From the NCBI GenBank assembly GCA_965368975.1, contig CBDUPA010000006.1, positions 128,001 to 192,000 on the forward strand: a stretch of 64,000 nt of DNA, in the 5' to 3' direction. The notes below the pieces were generated by a model. That model made no database searches. It saw only the letters and a list, made by a program, of their open reading frames with translations, and was not told where the DNA came from. Below, one piece after another: positions 60,801 to 64,000 of this stretch. Numbering within the stretch: the stretch's first letter is position 1; every line of letters begins with the position of its first letter. The stretch comes from an uncultured bacterium. Lineage in GTDB: Bacteria; Acidobacteriota; Thermoanaerobaculia; Multivoradales; JAHZIX01. The translations under genes were made by a program, and so were the position numbers.

Positions 60801-61571
60801 ATGCAAATCAAGGACAAGACTTTTGTGATCTCCGGCGGTGCTTCCGGCCTCGGTGAGGCCACCGCCCGCCGCCTGGTGGCCGGCGGTGCCCACGTGGTGC
60901 TGGCCGACCTGAATGAGGAGCGCGGCGGGCAGGTGGCCAGCGAGCTTGGCGATGCCGCTCGCTTCGCGCGCACCAACGTGGTCGACGAGGCCGACGTCAA
61001 GGCCGCGCTGGCCACCGCCGTCGATACCTTTGGCCGTCTCGACGGTGCTATCAGCTGCGCCGGTGTCGGCGATCCGGCCAAGGTGCTGGGCAAGCACGGA
61101 CCGCACGACCTGGGCCTGTTCCAGAAAGTCATCACGGTCAACCTGATCGGTACCTTCAACGTCCTGCGCCTGGCGGCGGAAGTGCTGGCCGGTAACGAGC
61201 CGGAGCCGGAGAACGGCGAACGCGGCGTGATCATCAACACCGCTTCCGTGGCGGCTTACGAGGGCCAGATCGGCCAGGTCGCCTACGCTTCGTCCAAGGG
61301 CGGCGTGGTTGGCATGACGTTGCCGGCAGCGCGCGAGCTGGCGCGTCACGGTATCCGCGTGATGACCATCGCCCCGGGTCTTTTCGACACGCCCCTGATG
61401 GCGGGTCTGCCGGAGAAGGCGCGCGAGTCGCTGGGGCAGCAGGTGCCGTTCCCGTCGCGCCTCGGGCACTCGGCCGAGTACGCGCAGCTGGCGCAGAGCG
61501 TGATCGAGAACCCGATGCTCAACGGTTGCGTGATCCGTCTGGATGGTGCCTTGCGCATGGCACCGAAGTGA
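60801..61571 (+). CDS. SDR, type II 3-hydroxyacyl-CoA dehydrogenase (HSD17B10-like)
   Basis: [37 protein letters not shown]; GAGGAG RBS. Confidence 0.93.
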   Translation: MQIKDKTFVISGGASGLGEATARRLVAGGAHVVLADLNEERGGQVASELGDAARFARTNVVDEADVKAALATAVDTFGRLDGAISCAGVGDPAKVLGKHGPHDLGLFQKVITVNLIGTFNVLRLAAEVLAGNEPEPENGERGVIINTASVAAYEGQIGQVAYASSKGGVVGMTLPAARELARHGIRVMTIAPGLFDTPLMAGLPEKARESLGQQVPFPSRLGHSAEYAQLAQSVIENPMLNGCVIRLDGALRMAPK

Positions 61572-61581
61572 GCGCAGGATC

Positions 61582-62700
61582 GTGAGTTCCGTGTCGGGGC
61601 GGCGTGTCGTCATTGTTGGCGGTGGTGTCATCGGTCTGTCGCTGGCCTACGAGCTGACCGGTCCGCGAGCGCGGCGCGGTGATCGGGTGGTCGTGCTGGA
61701 GCGAGGCGAGCCCGGTCGCGAGGCGTCGTGGGCCGGCGCCGGCATGCTCGCCGCCTTCGACCCGGACCGCGCCGTCGATCCGCTGGACCGGCTGCGCGGT
61801 CTGAGCAGTCGCCTGCTCGCCGAGTGGTCCGAGCGCCTGCGCCGGGACACCGGGGTGGACAACGGTTACCGCGTCTGCCACAGCCTGGAAATCGCGCGCG
61901 ACGCTGCTGCTGCGGAGGACCTGCGTCGACACGCGGTGGATTGGCGCCGCCGTGGTCGTACGGTCGAGGAGGTCGAAGACCTGGCGGCGCTGGAGCCCGA
62001 ACTTTCGCCGGTGGCGCTGGCCTACCGACGTCCCGGCGAGGCGCAGCTGCGCAACCCACGACATTTGCAAGCCTTGGTGGCGGCGTGTGCGCTGCAAGGG
62101 GTCGAGATGCGTTGTCGGCAAGCCGTCTCGGGCTTCGAACTGCAGGGTAGCCGCATTCGCGCCGCCGTGACGCCGGCCGGCAAGGTCGAGGGCGACGTCT
62201 TCGTGCTGGCCAGCGGTGCCTGGTCGTCGATCCTGACCGAGCCGCTGGGCCTGCACCTGCGCGTGATGCCGGTGCGCGGCCAGATCGTCCTGCTACGATC
62301 GGCGAAGCCACTCTTGCGCCACGTGGTGTGGATGGGCGAGCGCTACCTGGTGCCGCGGCCCGAAGGCCGCGTGCTGGTGGGTTCGACCATGGAGCATGTC
62401 GGGTTCGCGGCCTACCCGACCGCCGAGGGCGTGCGCGGCTTGCTCGACTTCGCCGTCACCACGGTGCCGCATCTGGCTGAGGCTCCGCTGGAGCGTGCTT
62501 GGGCTGGGCTGCGTCCGGGTAGTGGTCGTGGTCGCCCGTATCTCGGAGCCGCGCCGGGAATCGAGAACCTGGTGCTAGCCACCGGACACGGCCGGCACGG
62601 CCTGGAACTCTCCGCCGGCACGGCACTTGTGCTGACGCAGTGCCTGTATGAAGAGGTGCCAGAAGTTGGACTGGAGGCCTTTGCTCTCGACCTTCCGTGA
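61582..62700 (+). CDS. thiO: Glycine oxidase (DAO family)
   Basis: GGGVIG, ASWAGAGML, PVRGQ, WAGLRP, TGHGRHG. Confidence 0.8.
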   Translation: MSSVSGRRVVIVGGGVIGLSLAYELTGPRARRGDRVVVLERGEPGREASWAGAGMLAAFDPDRAVDPLDRLRGLSSRLLAEWSERLRRDTGVDNGYRVCHSLEIARDAAAAEDLRRHAVDWRRRGRTVEEVEDLAALEPELSPVALAYRRPGEAQLRNPRHLQALVAACALQGVEMRCRQAVSGFELQGSRIRAAVTPAGKVEGDVFVLASGAWSSILTEPLGLHLRVMPVRGQIVLLRSAKPLLRHVVWMGERYLVPRPEGRVLVGSTMEHVGFAAYPTAEGVRGLLDFAVTTVPHLAEAPLERAWAGLRPGSGRGRPYLGAAPGIENLVLATGHGRHGLELSAGTALVLTQCLYEEVPEVGLEAFALDLP

Positions 62701-62869
62701 TTGCAGTCGAAGAGTTTTTTCGCTACGTCCGTCCCGGATACCGTGGCCACCTGCACGTTCTTGATAGGCCAGTTTCACCTGGCTTTTCAACAAGAGGTAC
62801 CGGGATTCGTGAACGTGAACGCTTCTGGTGCCTCTCCATCTTCACTGTCGTTCTTGAGAGGTATCATCT

Positions 62870-63358
62870 ATGATGCAGCGGTTCTTACAAAGCAGGTTTG
62901 CACTTTGTGCCTTGAGCGCATGTGCACTAGCGGTGATGGGCTTGGCGCTCGTCCCCGCGGCTTCGGCAGCGGAAGCCTTGGCCGAAGAGGAGACTCCGGC
63001 TATGGACGCCGTGGCTCCGGTACAGCACAGTCAAGCGATGCGGGTCTACAAGGATCCTGAGACGGGCCGCCTGGTTGCTCCTCCCCGGGAGGTCCGTGAG
63101 GCGCTGGCAGCTGCCGACAAGCAGCGGACGGATCTCAACCAAAGTGCTGAGGGTCTACAGGCGCGCGTCCATCGCAATGGAATGGTGACCATGGATCTCC
63201 AGGGGCGCTTCCAGAGTCACTATGTGGTCACTCGCGGTGAGCATGGCGAACTCGAGCACATCTGCACCGAGGGCGAGTTGGCTCTCATCGAGAAGCTGAT
63301 CTCGGACTATCAGGCTCGCAAGGCTGCCGCGACGCAGGAGGTGCCCAATGACCGCTAA
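62870..63358 (+). CDS. Small secreted hypothetical protein coupled to the downstream protease
   Basis: Signal peptide; RVYKDPETGRLVAP and GMVTMDLQGRFQS motifs; overlaps the next start. Confidence 0.75.
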   Translation: MMQRFLQSRFALCALSACALAVMGLALVPAASAAEALAEEETPAMDAVAPVQHSQAMRVYKDPETGRLVAPPREVREALAAADKQRTDLNQSAEGLQARVHRNGMVTMDLQGRFQSHYVVTRGEHGELEHICTEGELALIEKLISDYQARKAAATQEVPNDR

Positions 63359-64000
63359 GCGCAACATTTCCGTTCTGGCGCTGGTTCTCTTGCTGGCTGC
63401 CCCGTTCGCGGCGCAGGCCGCTACCTTCACGGTTGTCAACATGGACGGCCCGGGTGAAGGCTTCAACGATCCGACTCCGGTGGCGCCGGTGGGCGGCAAC
63501 ACGGGTACCACCTTGGGTGAGCAGCGCGAGATCGTCTTCCAGGCGGCTGCCGACATCTGGGGCGGCATCCTCGACAGCAACGTCGAGATCGTGATTCGCG
63601 CCAACTTCAACGCTCTGAGCTGCGACGCCAATTCGGCCGTGCTCGGTTCGGCCGGTGCTGTGCAGGTGAGTTCCAACTTTGCCAACGCGCCGTTCTCGAA
63701 CACCTGGTACCACATCGCCCTGGCCAACTCGATCGCCGGCACCGACCTGATCACCGGCGCACCCGGTACCAGCGGTGACGATATCTCGGCGAACTTCAAC
63801 AGCTCGATCGACAACAACGAGAACTGCCTGGCGGGCAGCAACTGGTACCTGGGTTTGGACAACAACGAGCCTGGCACCGACATCGACCTGCTGACCGTCG
63901 TGCTGCACGAGTTCGGTCACGGCCTCGGTTTCTCGAACTTCATCGACGAGAGCAACGGCCGTTTCCTCGGCCCACCGAACCAGCCGGACATCTACAGTCA
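63348..64000 (+). CDS. Secreted zinc metalloprotease (partial, runs off window end)
   Basis: Translated by hand from ATG 63348 (GGAGG RBS): signal peptide, GEGFNDPTP...VVLHEFGHGLGF. Confidence 0.85.
   Translation, partial: MTAKRNISVLALVLLLAAPFAAQAATFTVVNMDGPGEGFNDPTPVAPVGGNTGTTLGEQREIVFQAAADIWGGILDSNVEIVIRANFNALSCDANSAVLGSAGAVQVSSNFANAPFSNTWYHIALANSIAGTDLITGAPGTSGDDISANFNSSIDNNENCLAGSNWYLGLDNNEPGTDIDLLTVVLHEFGHGLGFSNFIDESNGRFLGPPNQPDIYS

Noticed and set aside
60671-61240. N-terminal extension of tricorn; similar extensions on holB, ppk2A, SGNH and the 7003 GT
   Set aside because: They overlap neighbouring genes or lack start signals; downstream starts with RBS, signal peptide or stop/start coupling fit better.

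Overview
High-GC bacterial chromosomal window, most consistent with Acidobacteriota (Thermoanaerobaculia-like, inferred from recalled protein families, not a search). 1-30750 is a large surface-glycan locus that runs off the left edge. It encodes a priming sugar transferase, an OM beta-barrel, short Wza, Wzc, a PHP phosphatase, Wzm/Wzt, a cytidylyltransferase-HAD fusion, three GT4s, sulfotransferase, FkbM, deacetylase, SGNH, GNAT, CapA-like, three O-antigen-ligase-like proteins, TPR proteins and VanZ, with a mazEF-type TA pair embedded. Next come metF-metH and two MFS transporters. A small accessory island (37790-41930) carries a DUF4365 nuclease-domain gene with a GYKPGW-repeat membrane partner, an orphan antitoxin, a DUF433/PIN TA pair and fic. 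The right part holds tandem ppk2 genes, DsbA-like, holB-like, ndh, a kinase-pseudocyclase-kinase-TM-TPR receptor, a putative GT-C pair, a secreted metzincin with FN3 and a duplicated C-terminal domain, tricorn protease, an SDR, thiO and a truncated secreted metalloprotease. No rRNA, tRNA, CRISPR array or transposase was seen. Best novelty candidates: the DUF4365 two-gene cassette, the tandem-kinase receptor, a possible protein-glycosylation module, the duplicated C-terminal domain, and recurrent 15-bp micro-duplications.
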